Shown: in pieces, positions 28,834-36,716 of the stretch | How the letters are laid out: each line of letters starts with the position of its first letter | How positions within the stretch are numbered: the first letter of the stretch is position 1 | Assembly (NCBI GenBank): GCA_964502605.1 | Contig: CAZCXK010000002.1 | Location: 6,649 to 70,648, forward strand | DNA length: 64,000 bases | Direction: 5' to 3' | Source: an uncultured bacterium | GTDB taxonomy: Bacteria > Cyanobacteriota > Cyanobacteriia > CAZCXK01 | Notes under the pieces: model-generated | Databases searched by the model: none | Seen by the model: the letters and a program-made list of their open reading frames with translations, nothing else | Told to the model about the DNA's origin: nothing | Program-made: the position numbers and the translations under genes

Positions 28834-31110
28834 CTAGAGCTTGCGATTGAATTTGGACTTGAGATCTCCGAGAGACGGGTCTGACGACGGGCGATCGCGG
28901 GTTTGTTTTTTAGCGGGCGATCGCTCCTTTGCCCCTTGAGGCGATGATCCTGTGCCCGGTGCTGAGCGCATCGACAGGCTAATGCGCTTCAGGGTTTCAT
29001 TGACTTCTAGCACCCGCACCTTGACCACCTGCCCCACTTTGACAATCTGGTTTGGATCAGAGACAAAGCGATCGGCAAGCTGAGAAATATGAACCAGACC
29101 ATCTTGATGAACGCCAACATCTACAAATGCGCCAAAATTAGCGACATTGGTGACAACGCCTTCTAGCTCCATGCCAATGACAAGGTCAGCCAGGGTATTG
29201 ATCCCCTCTTGAAACGAGGCATAGGTAAACTCAGCACGGGGATCGCGTCCCGGTTTCTCCAGTTCTTGCACAATGTCATGCAACGTGGGGAGACCCACCG
29301 CATTGGTGACATAGCGCTTGAGGTCAGCGGTTTTGAGCGTGGCAGCAATTTGGACAATGTTGCTCAGTGGCACTCCCAAATCGGTGGCGATCGCCTCCAC
29401 CACACCATAGCTTTCAGGATGCACCGCCGTATTATCGAGTGGGTTCTCGCCATTGCGAATGCGGAGGAACCCAGCTGACTGCTCAAACGCCTTTGCTCCT
29501 AGCTTGGGCACCTTCAGCAATTGGCGGCGATTGCGAAAGGCACCATTGGCATTGCGGTAGGCCACGATGTTGTTGGCGACTGTTGGGCTCAGCCCCGAAA
29601 CAGCCGTGAGCAGCTCTTTAGAGGCCGTGTTGAGGTCAACCCCGACATAGTTGACGCAGCTTTCGACCGTTTCATCGAGTTTTTGCTTCAGTAGCTTCTG
29701 ATCGACATCATGTTGATATTGCCCGACACCGATTGATTTGGGGTCAATTTTCACCAGTTCTGCCAATGGATCTTGCAGCCGCCGCCCAATGCTGATGGCC
29801 CCCCGCACTGTAATATCAAGATCGGGGAATTCAGCGATCGCCGTGTCGCTAGCCGAGTAAACCGAGGCTCCCGATTCGTTGACCATGACTTTGATCGGCT
29901 GAGGATCTAGCGATTGCATCACCTCGCCCACAAAGGCGTCGGTTTCGCGGCCAGCCGTACCATTGCCAATGGCGATCAGTTCGATTTGGTAGGTGGTAAT
30001 CAGGCGGGTGAGGGTGTTGGCAGCGTCGGTGCGCTGCTTGGCTGACTGATGCGGGAAGATGGCTTGGTAGTCGAGGAACTTACCTGTTTCGTCTAGCACA
30101 GTGACTTTGCATCCGGTGCGAAAGCCGGGATCAATTGCCAGTGTAGGTTTCATGCCAGCGGGGCTAGAGAGCAGCAGGTTGCGGAGATTGGCTTCAAAGG
30201 TCTTAATCGATTCGATATCGGCGTCTAGTTTTTTCTGAGCCAGTACTTCGCTGAGCAATGAATGTTTCATCAAGCGATTGAATGCGTCTTTCAACATGGC
30301 TCGATAGAAAGTGAGAATGGCAGGCGATCGCGTGTGAATTGCTTGAGTTTCTAAATAGCTCAACACCGCATCACTATCAAACACAATCTCAAAACTCAGA
30401 ACGCCTTCAGCCTCGCCTCGACACAGAGCCAGCAAATTATGAGGAGCGATCGCCTTCACTGCAATCTGGTAGCTGCGATACATTTCAAATTTGGTTGATC
30501 CTTCTGGATAGTCATCGTTAATGCGAGAGGAAACGATGCCAGTGGTTAACAAAAAATTGCGAAGATATGCCCGCAACGTTGCCTGCTCGGCGACCTCTTC
30601 GGCCAAAATATCAGCCGCGCCCTTGAGAGCAACCGCCGCCGTCTCAATGCCATGCTCAGCCGAGACATATCGTTCTGCCTCTGGTTCTAATGGCTGCGGC
30701 GGCACCTGGGGTTGATTCAGCCCCTTGATGAAATTAGCCAGAGGTTCCAGCCCTTTTTCTCGTGCAATGGCAGCGCGGGTGCGGCGCTTAGGCCGATACG
30801 GCAGATAAAGATCTTCTAACTCAGTCTTTTGCAGGCAGCGCTCAATCGTGTGGCGCAGCGGCTCGGTGAGCTTGCCCTGTTTGGCGATCGCCTCTAGGAC
30901 TACTTGTTTTCGGTCTTCTAATTCCTGCAGGTAGGCATAGCGCTCCGACAAATCGCGCAGCTGAATTTCGTTGAGTTCGCCTGTGCGCTCTTTGCGATAT
31001 CGCGCAATAAATGGAACAGTTGCTCCTTCGGCAAAGAGGTCGAGCGCGTTCTTCACCTGAAAGGGTTGCAGTGAAAGCTCGTCGGTGAGCTGTTGAGCGA
31101 TATCTATCAT
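28834..31110 (-). CDS. tex: Tex-like RNA-binding transcription accessory protein (S1 domain)
   Basis: 758 aa. N-terminal Tex motif FIARYRKE.TG, YqgF/RuvC-like and HhH regions, and a C-terminal S1 domain (GVVTNVANFGAFVDVGVHQDGLVHIS). Confidence 0.9.
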   Translation of the reverse strand: MIDIAQQLTDELSLQPFQVKNALDLFAEGATVPFIARYRKERTGELNEIQLRDLSERYAYLQELEDRKQVVLEAIAKQGKLTEPLRHTIERCLQKTELEDLYLPYRPKRRTRAAIAREKGLEPLANFIKGLNQPQVPPQPLEPEAERYVSAEHGIETAAVALKGAADILAEEVAEQATLRAYLRNFLLTTGIVSSRINDDYPEGSTKFEMYRSYQIAVKAIAPHNLLALCRGEAEGVLSFEIVFDSDAVLSYLETQAIHTRSPAILTFYRAMLKDAFNRLMKHSLLSEVLAQKKLDADIESIKTFEANLRNLLLSSPAGMKPTLAIDPGFRTGCKVTVLDETGKFLDYQAIFPHQSAKQRTDAANTLTRLITTYQIELIAIGNGTAGRETDAFVGEVMQSLDPQPIKVMVNESGASVYSASDTAIAEFPDLDITVRGAISIGRRLQDPLAELVKIDPKSIGVGQYQHDVDQKLLKQKLDETVESCVNYVGVDLNTASKELLTAVSGLSPTVANNIVAYRNANGAFRNRRQLLKVPKLGAKAFEQSAGFLRIRNGENPLDNTAVHPESYGVVEAIATDLGVPLSNIVQIAATLKTADLKRYVTNAVGLPTLHDIVQELEKPGRDPRAEFTYASFQEGINTLADLVIGMELEGVVTNVANFGAFVDVGVHQDGLVHISQLADRFVSDPNQIVKVGQVVKVRVLEVNETLKRISLSMRSAPGTGSSPQGAKERSPAKKQTRDRPSSDPSLGDLKSKFNRKL

Positions 31111-31388
31111 GAGGCCACATGTAACGCTGTAATTAAATCATCAATGCGGGTTGCCGCATCTCATTGTCCACCCAATGAGAGTCGGAATGAATCCGATCCC
31201 CGCCGGATGGCTGTGTTATCTCCAGAGTAGCCGCACATCACGCGCATGTCCTCGAAGGGGATGCGATCCCCCATGCGCGATCGGCTCTGAGTAGCACTTC
31301 TGATCAGACTGGAGCGGCACGCGATCGCGTCAGCATAGCTGCATGTGTGGCCTTTTGTCTTGGCACTCAAAATGATCTGGGGTAAACA

Positions 31389-31640
31389 GAGACCGCTCTA
31401 GAGTTAAGCAACATGTTTGTTGCTTTATGCGGGAATCGTCTCACTTTGAACTCGAATGATGCCAGTTAAAATGAGACCGCTCTAGAGTTAAACAACACTT
31501 TTGTTGCTTTATGCAGGAATTGTCTCACCTTAAACTCGAATGACGCAGGTTCACCAAAGACTTATCTTGAGTTGAGCAACACGCGTGTTGCTTTATACGG
31601 CATCGCTCTACTCCAAATCTAAATAGACGGTTGCGTCCCC
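31389..31640. repeat. three tandem 84-bp units, each with a conserved stem-loop
   Basis: Units at 31389-31472, 31473-31556 and 31557 to about 31640. Units 1 and 2 are nearly identical and unit 3 is degenerate. Hairpins lie at 31406-31425, 31490-31509 and 31574-31593. Confidence 0.9.
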
Positions 31641-32143
31641 CAAACCCCCTCCAAACGAAACTCCTGACTTGCGTTTCGAAGCTAGGGGCGCGAGCCGTGA
31701 ATTGGAGTCATCCCATATGGCACACTGAAAGCGTTATGTATCGGTGGTGTCTCAGATGTTTTTTCACCTACAGCTTAACCGCTTTACCCCAGCGCCTTGC
31801 GGGGGGCGCAGGGGAGTTAGGCTCCTGCATCGCAGGGGTTCGGGGGGAAGTCCCCTGATAGAGACTGCAGCTATAGATATGAGATATGTCTGCACAGCCC
31901 CGCTCTGACAATGAGATAACTCTGACAATGGGATAATAATTTCGACCAAACTATCTCGCCCTAGCAATTTGCTGAATCCCAGCCTGTCAAACTAACCAAA
32001 TCTGGCTAGAGGCGTCTATTATCTTGATGGCTACTTAATTTCATTAAAGTTTCATTACAAGATAGGCTGAACATCCGATTTGATAGCGTTTAGACAACGG
32101 GCGATCGCTACAATAGTTTGCAATCAATAGAGGTTGAGGACGA

Positions 32144-33994
32144 ATGGGGCTGCTGGAAAATCTACCCGAAAATTCCAGACCACGAGAATCGGCATCCGCT
32201 GATGACCTATTGAAGGGAGTGACACAAGACCTTCAGCATCTGCGGCACGATTTGGTATCTCAACTCACCCACGATATTGGGCGACTCCAATCAGAAAAAA
32301 CCCAGCTGATTGACGAAATTACTCAGCTGCGCGAGGAGCAGCAACTGCTGAAATCCCAGCAGCAGATTACGTTATCACAGCAGCAAATTGCCCAGCAGCA
32401 GGTCTGGGCCAAACAGCTAGCTCAAGTGTTAGCAGGTCATCTCCGCACATTGTTAATCCAGCAGGCGCAGCAAAATGGGCAAATAGTGCCGACCCAGTCA
32501 ACCCGGCAACTTGCCATCAAGGCTCCTGGCAACGGCCCACTCACTAGCCCAGATCACATTGTCAGCTCAATTGATTCATCTCTAAATCATACGCTCAGCG
32601 TTTTACAGCGCGATCTCGATAGCTACCAAAGCGCTCTGTCTCAGCAAATTGGACGGATGCAAAATCTAGAACAGCAGGGTGAGGCAATTTTAAATGCACT
32701 GGTGAGTCGCCTCAATGAGCAGTTGCAAGTTGAGACTGTCAGGTCGCAGACATACAGAGGCCAGAGCCCTATGAATGGCCATGGTACTCAGGTCGCAGTG
32801 TCTGCACAGAATGGTACAGCCAGACCTGCTGCCTATTCATCACCGACGGGGGGTTCGCGGACATCATCCTTATCAGACATGGGGTCAGTTGCGCCAATTT
32901 CGACACCTGGAGTCTCAACGCCAAGTCGTCGCCAGCCTGAGACGCGCCGCATCAATTTAACCCAGTTTCAGATGGGGTTGGTGTTGATTTTGCTCTCCAC
33001 CATCGCCCTATCGTTGCATAACGTGGTAGTTGGCATTATTGGCAATGAGAGCAGCATTTTAGGCCTATTTCAACTGGGGGGCTATCTCCGGTTAGGCTTG
33101 GGCAATGCACTGCTGATTTTGCTCTTGCGAATGCTGATTGTGATTCCGCTGATGTTTGGCATTGCCAGTAGCCTTTATCCGCCCGTCTGGAAGGAAATTA
33201 AGGCGTTTCTCACGTCGCGCGATCGCCGCCTATTGCTGACGGTGGTGGCGAGTGGGGGGTTCTTGTTTCTGTCACAAGTGCTAATCTATATCGCCATTGC
33301 TGAAGTTGGCCCCGGCGTTGCGGTGACGATTTTGTTTATGTATCCGCTGGTGACTGTGCCGTTGGCGTGGTTTTTCTTCAAAGATCGCCCGACTCTAACC
33401 CGCTGGCTGATTATGGCAGCTATTTCAGTGGGGATCATCTTCACGGCGTCCCCTAATAATATTTTTGTCCCTGATAATGGCAACATCTCAGGAGCTGGAG
33501 TTGCTTTTGCCACCTTCTCTGGCATTGCCTTCGCCTGCTACCTCATCTTTATGCAAATTTGTTTTAAGAAGCTGCATCCTGTTCCGGTGAGTTTGGTGCA
33601 ATTCTCGACTATTGGCGTTTTTTCAGCAGTTAGCCTGATCTTGCTGCCCTCGTTTCCGCTGCCCGACCGCTGGAATGCTCAAGTGGCGATCGATCGCCCT
33701 GGAGGGTTTTTGGTGCTAGGGGTAGTGCTGGGCGTGTTAACCCTGATTGGCTATCTAGCCAATAATTTTGGCGTCCGGTTTATGGGAGCGGCACGAGCCG
33801 CGATCATCGCATCGAGTGGCCCTGCCTTGACGGCTCTACTCGCGTTTTTGATTACTCCTGGCCCTCGAACTCAGCTCCAGTCGGGGCAGGCATTTGGGAT
33901 TTTGATGGTCACGCTGGGGGTCATCGGGCTAAGCATGGAACGCATGCTCATGCAGCGTCGTGCCCTCAAGAAGCGATCGCCTGCCGGAAAGTAG
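32144..33994 (+). CDS. DMT/EamA-family transporter with an approximately 280-aa N-terminal coiled-coil/Gln-rich extension
   Basis: GAGGA upstream of the ATG. The N-terminal heptad-like Q/L-rich region and a Ser/Thr/Pro-rich linker are followed by about 10 TM helices of EamA type. Confidence 0.75.
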   Translation: MGLLENLPENSRPRESASADDLLKGVTQDLQHLRHDLVSQLTHDIGRLQSEKTQLIDEITQLREEQQLLKSQQQITLSQQQIAQQQVWAKQLAQVLAGHLRTLLIQQAQQNGQIVPTQSTRQLAIKAPGNGPLTSPDHIVSSIDSSLNHTLSVLQRDLDSYQSALSQQIGRMQNLEQQGEAILNALVSRLNEQLQVETVRSQTYRGQSPMNGHGTQVAVSAQNGTARPAAYSSPTGGSRTSSLSDMGSVAPISTPGVSTPSRRQPETRRINLTQFQMGLVLILLSTIALSLHNVVVGIIGNESSILGLFQLGGYLRLGLGNALLILLLRMLIVIPLMFGIASSLYPPVWKEIKAFLTSRDRRLLLTVVASGGFLFLSQVLIYIAIAEVGPGVAVTILFMYPLVTVPLAWFFFKDRPTLTRWLIMAAISVGIIFTASPNNIFVPDNGNISGAGVAFATFSGIAFACYLIFMQICFKKLHPVPVSLVQFSTIGVFSAVSLILLPSFPLPDRWNAQVAIDRPGGFLVLGVVLGVLTLIGYLANNFGVRFMGAARAAIIASSGPALTALLAFLITPGPRTQLQSGQAFGILMVTLGVIGLSMERMLMQRRALKKRSPAGK

Positions 33995-34085
33995 CATTAT
34001 TAACGTGGTAATTTAATTCATCGTAACCCCTGGCGTTTAATGCCAGTGGGTCTGAATCTATGGGCCTGAATCTATGGGCCTGAAA

Positions 34086-34172
34086 CGGAGAGGGAGGGAT
34101 TCGAACCCTCGTTAAAGTTACCCCTAAACAGCATTTCCAGTGCTGCGCCTTCAACCACTCGGCCACCTCTCC
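34086..34172 (-). tRNA. tRNA-Ser (anticodon GGA)
   Basis: The minus strand folds by hand as acceptor GGAGAGG/CCTCTCC, a D-arm, anticodon stem CAGCA/TGCTG with loop CTGGAAA, a long variable arm, and T-arm GAGGG-TTCGAAT-CCCTC. No encoded CCA. Confidence 0.9.
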
Positions 34173-34433
34173 ATAGCTATTTAGTTTAAAGGGTTCTGGC
34201 TTTATCAGCCCAACTCAAAGCAGTATTTAAAACACGTCTACTTGAGTCTTCCCATCTGTAGACTTAACCACAGAAAATCTATCATAGCAGCATTTCAACT
34301 ACTAAAAAAATTAGAGCATTCTTGTCGTTACGACTCCAGGCATAACAGCCTATGATACGAGTGATATGAACAGCGACCACACCGCTTGAAATATTGCACT
34401 GGTTGAAATATCGCATTGGTTGAGATCACATTC

Positions 34434-34802
34434 ATGGCTCGCGATTATACGATTCAGATTCATCATCGACAGGCCGGGACGCACTATTTGTTGAGGCTAC
34501 CGAGCGATCGCTACATTCTCCATAGTGCCGAGGCCGAAGGCGTTAGCTTGCCATTTTCATGCCGCAATGGAGCTTGCACGACTTGCGCGGCTCGTATTGT
34601 GTCAGGGCATGTTTACCAGCCAGAAGCGATGGGGCTATCACCTGAGTTACAGGCTCGCGGCTATGCGCTGCTTTGTGTGTGCTATCCCCAATCGGATTTA
34701 GAGGTCGAAACTCAAGATGAAGATGAAGTCTATGAGCTTCAGTTTGGGCAATATTTTGGTCGGGGTAAAGTCCGAGCGGGTCTGCCCTTAGACGAAGACT
34801 AA
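34434..34802 (+). CDS. plant-type [2Fe-2S] ferredoxin with C-terminal extension (FdC2/Fed2-like)
   Basis: Cluster ligands in SCRNGACTTCAARIV...LLCVCYP, plus an extra C-terminal tail YELQFGQYFGRGKVRAGLPLDED. ATG 34434 is preferred over TTG 34416. Confidence 0.8.
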   Translation: MARDYTIQIHHRQAGTHYLLRLPSDRYILHSAEAEGVSLPFSCRNGACTTCAARIVSGHVYQPEAMGLSPELQARGYALLCVCYPQSDLEVETQDEDEVYELQFGQYFGRGKVRAGLPLDED

Positions 34803-34815
34803 CCTCAGAGCGCTA

Positions 34816-34860
34816 ATCCTACAGGTTTGACTTTCGCAAACGCCCAAACCTGTTTAGGAT
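34816..34860. other. imperfect inverted repeat between the ferredoxin and IMPase genes
   Basis: ATCCTACAGGTTT (34816-34828) pairs with AAACCTGTTTAGGAT (34846-34860), leaving a 2-nt bulge. Possible terminator or operator. Confidence 0.35.
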
Positions 34861-34886
34861 GACAGGGGACGCTCAAGCCTGTAAAC

Positions 34887-35711
34887 ATGAATAATCTGCC
34901 TGCTACCGATTTGCAAAACTTGTTAGACATTGCAACCGAAGCTGCTCTCGCGGCTGGAGCTGTGCTTCAGGCTCATTGGGGTAAGCTAGACCACATTGAA
35001 GAAAAAGGCCGACCTGGAGATCTCGTCACCGTTGCCGACAAAGAAGCAGAAGCGGCAATCTTAGATGTGCTGCGCCGCCATGTGCCCGATCATCCCGTTT
35101 TGGCCGAAGAATCAGGACAAATCGAGGCGATCGCCCAAGAGTTTTTGTGGGTGATTGATCCCCTAGATGGCACCACTAACTATGCCCATCAATATCCCTT
35201 TTGTGCTGCATCAATTGGGCTGTTAATTAACGGGTATCCCCATGTGGGTGCTATTTTTGATCCCGTTCATCATGATTTGTTTCGCGCGGCACGGGGCTTA
35301 GGCGCGACTCGCAATCGCCAGCCGATTTGGGTGTCAGCAACCGATACATTACCCAACAGCCTGCTTGTGACTGGGTTTGCTTACGACCGCCGTGAAACCC
35401 CCGATAACAACTATGCCGAATTTTGCCACTTGACTCATTTAACTCGGGGGGTGCGCCGAGGGGGTGCGGCCTCTATTGACCTGGCCTATGTTGCCTGTGG
35501 CCGTTTAGATGGCTATTGGGAGCGTGGCTTGTCCCCTTGGGATTTGGCAGCGGGGGTCGTGCTGGTAGAAGAGGCCGGAGGCCAAGTTTCGGCCTATGAT
35601 CAGGCTCCATTTGATATTTATTCTGGGCGAATTTTGGCGACCAATGGTTCGATTCATGCTGCCCTCAGTCACGAACTCAGCCGGATTAAACCTCTCGTCG
35701 AATTTAGCTAG
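34887..35711 (+). CDS. inositol monophosphatase family protein (SuhB/HisN-like)
   Basis: IMPase motifs LAEESG and WVIDPLDGTTNY, plus a C-terminal metal-binding region WDLAAG. Confidence 0.85.
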   Translation: MNNLPATDLQNLLDIATEAALAAGAVLQAHWGKLDHIEEKGRPGDLVTVADKEAEAAILDVLRRHVPDHPVLAEESGQIEAIAQEFLWVIDPLDGTTNYAHQYPFCAASIGLLINGYPHVGAIFDPVHHDLFRAARGLGATRNRQPIWVSATDTLPNSLLVTGFAYDRRETPDNNYAEFCHLTHLTRGVRRGGAASIDLAYVACGRLDGYWERGLSPWDLAAGVVLVEEAGGQVSAYDQAPFDIYSGRILATNGSIHAALSHELSRIKPLVEFS

Positions 35712-35780
35712 CTCTGAATCATATTTGCAAAAAAGGCAGAGTACACTAGAGAGAATTAGACGGGCGAGTAAAAAAGCAGC

Positions 35781-36716
35781 ATGTCTTTTAGGATTGATCG
35801 GGGCTTATTTACGTCAGAGTTTATTGATTACCACGCAATTTTAGGGGTTCCTGTTGATGCTGAACCCAAAGACATTCGTAAGCGATATCTGAAAATTGCT
35901 CGGCGGTTGCATCCCGATAGCCTGACTGATCGATCAGAGAGCGATCGCCAACAAGCGAGTCAGCTCTTGTCTAAGTTGGTTAATCCTGCCTACGAAAAGC
36001 TCTCTCAAGAGAAACTATACGCTGACTATTGCGTCACGCTCCAGCTCAAAGGCAAGCAAGCACTAAAGCAACAAGAAACAATCGTGCTCACGAGTGACCC
36101 AGCGCGACGACTTGCAGGAGTGAGTAGTAGTGAGCTTGGGCAAGTGTATCGCAAAATTTTGCATGAGCTGTCAGAGCATCTGTATGGTGCATTCGATTCT
36201 GCTCCCGATTTGATCGGTCAAATCAGCGAACTCAACCTCATTTATCTAATGCGTCAGGATAATGCGTCCGTTCTACCCCGGACAACAGTGACCAATCCCT
36301 CTGTGCCACCCCGTCGGGGTAAGGATACGGCGGCGTCTAAAGCCCCACCGCGCCAGCCGACCCGCCGAGAGCTGACAGCAGCATATTTGCGCCGTTCAGA
36401 AGACTATGAAAATAAGCAAGATTATCCTCGAGCCGTTTTAGAACTCAGAGATGCGCTAAAGCTTGAGCCGCAGAATGGCAATCTCCACACGCGACTGGGT
36501 GTGATTTATATGAAAGCTAATCAGCAGACTATGGCAAAGATCCATTTTAACCAGGCGTTGAAGCTCAATCCTCAAGATGTTAGAGCAGCTGAAGGTCTAC
36601 GTCGAGTTGACCCTCAAAACAGTCAGACTGATGCACAACGCACCTCACCAAAGGATAATAAATCTAACAAGTCAGGAGGTGGCTTGTTTGGATTATTTGG
36701 TGGCAAGAAAAAATAA
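35781..36716 (+). CDS. J-domain protein with C-terminal TPR region
   Basis: J domain DYHAILGVPVDAEPKDIRKRYLKIARRLHPD, TPR-like region YPRAVLELRDALKLEPQN...ANQQTMAKIHFNQALKLNPQD, and a Gly/Lys tail. Confidence 0.8.
   Translation: MSFRIDRGLFTSEFIDYHAILGVPVDAEPKDIRKRYLKIARRLHPDSLTDRSESDRQQASQLLSKLVNPAYEKLSQEKLYADYCVTLQLKGKQALKQQETIVLTSDPARRLAGVSSSELGQVYRKILHELSEHLYGAFDSAPDLIGQISELNLIYLMRQDNASVLPRTTVTNPSVPPRRGKDTAASKAPPRQPTRRELTAAYLRRSEDYENKQDYPRAVLELRDALKLEPQNGNLHTRLGVIYMKANQQTMAKIHFNQALKLNPQDVRAAEGLRRVDPQNSQTDAQRTSPKDNKSNKSGGGLFGLFGGKKK

Noticed and set aside
31161-31370. 69-aa minus-strand ORF upstream of tex
   Set aside because: It coincides with four palindromic hairpins and a HIP1 site, and it has Arg/Ser/Cys-rich composition with no protein-like features. 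It is treated as structured noncoding sequence.
33966-34166. 66-aa minus-strand ORF
   Set aside because: It is the translation of the tRNA-Ser gene and the adjacent tandem repeat, so it is not a protein gene.
34086-34172. Genomic island or integrase next to tRNA-Ser or tRNA-Arg
   Set aside because: The flanking genes are ordinary (DMT transporter, ferredoxin, MFS, moaC). No integrase, no flanking direct repeat matching the tRNA 3' end, and no compositional break visible by eye.
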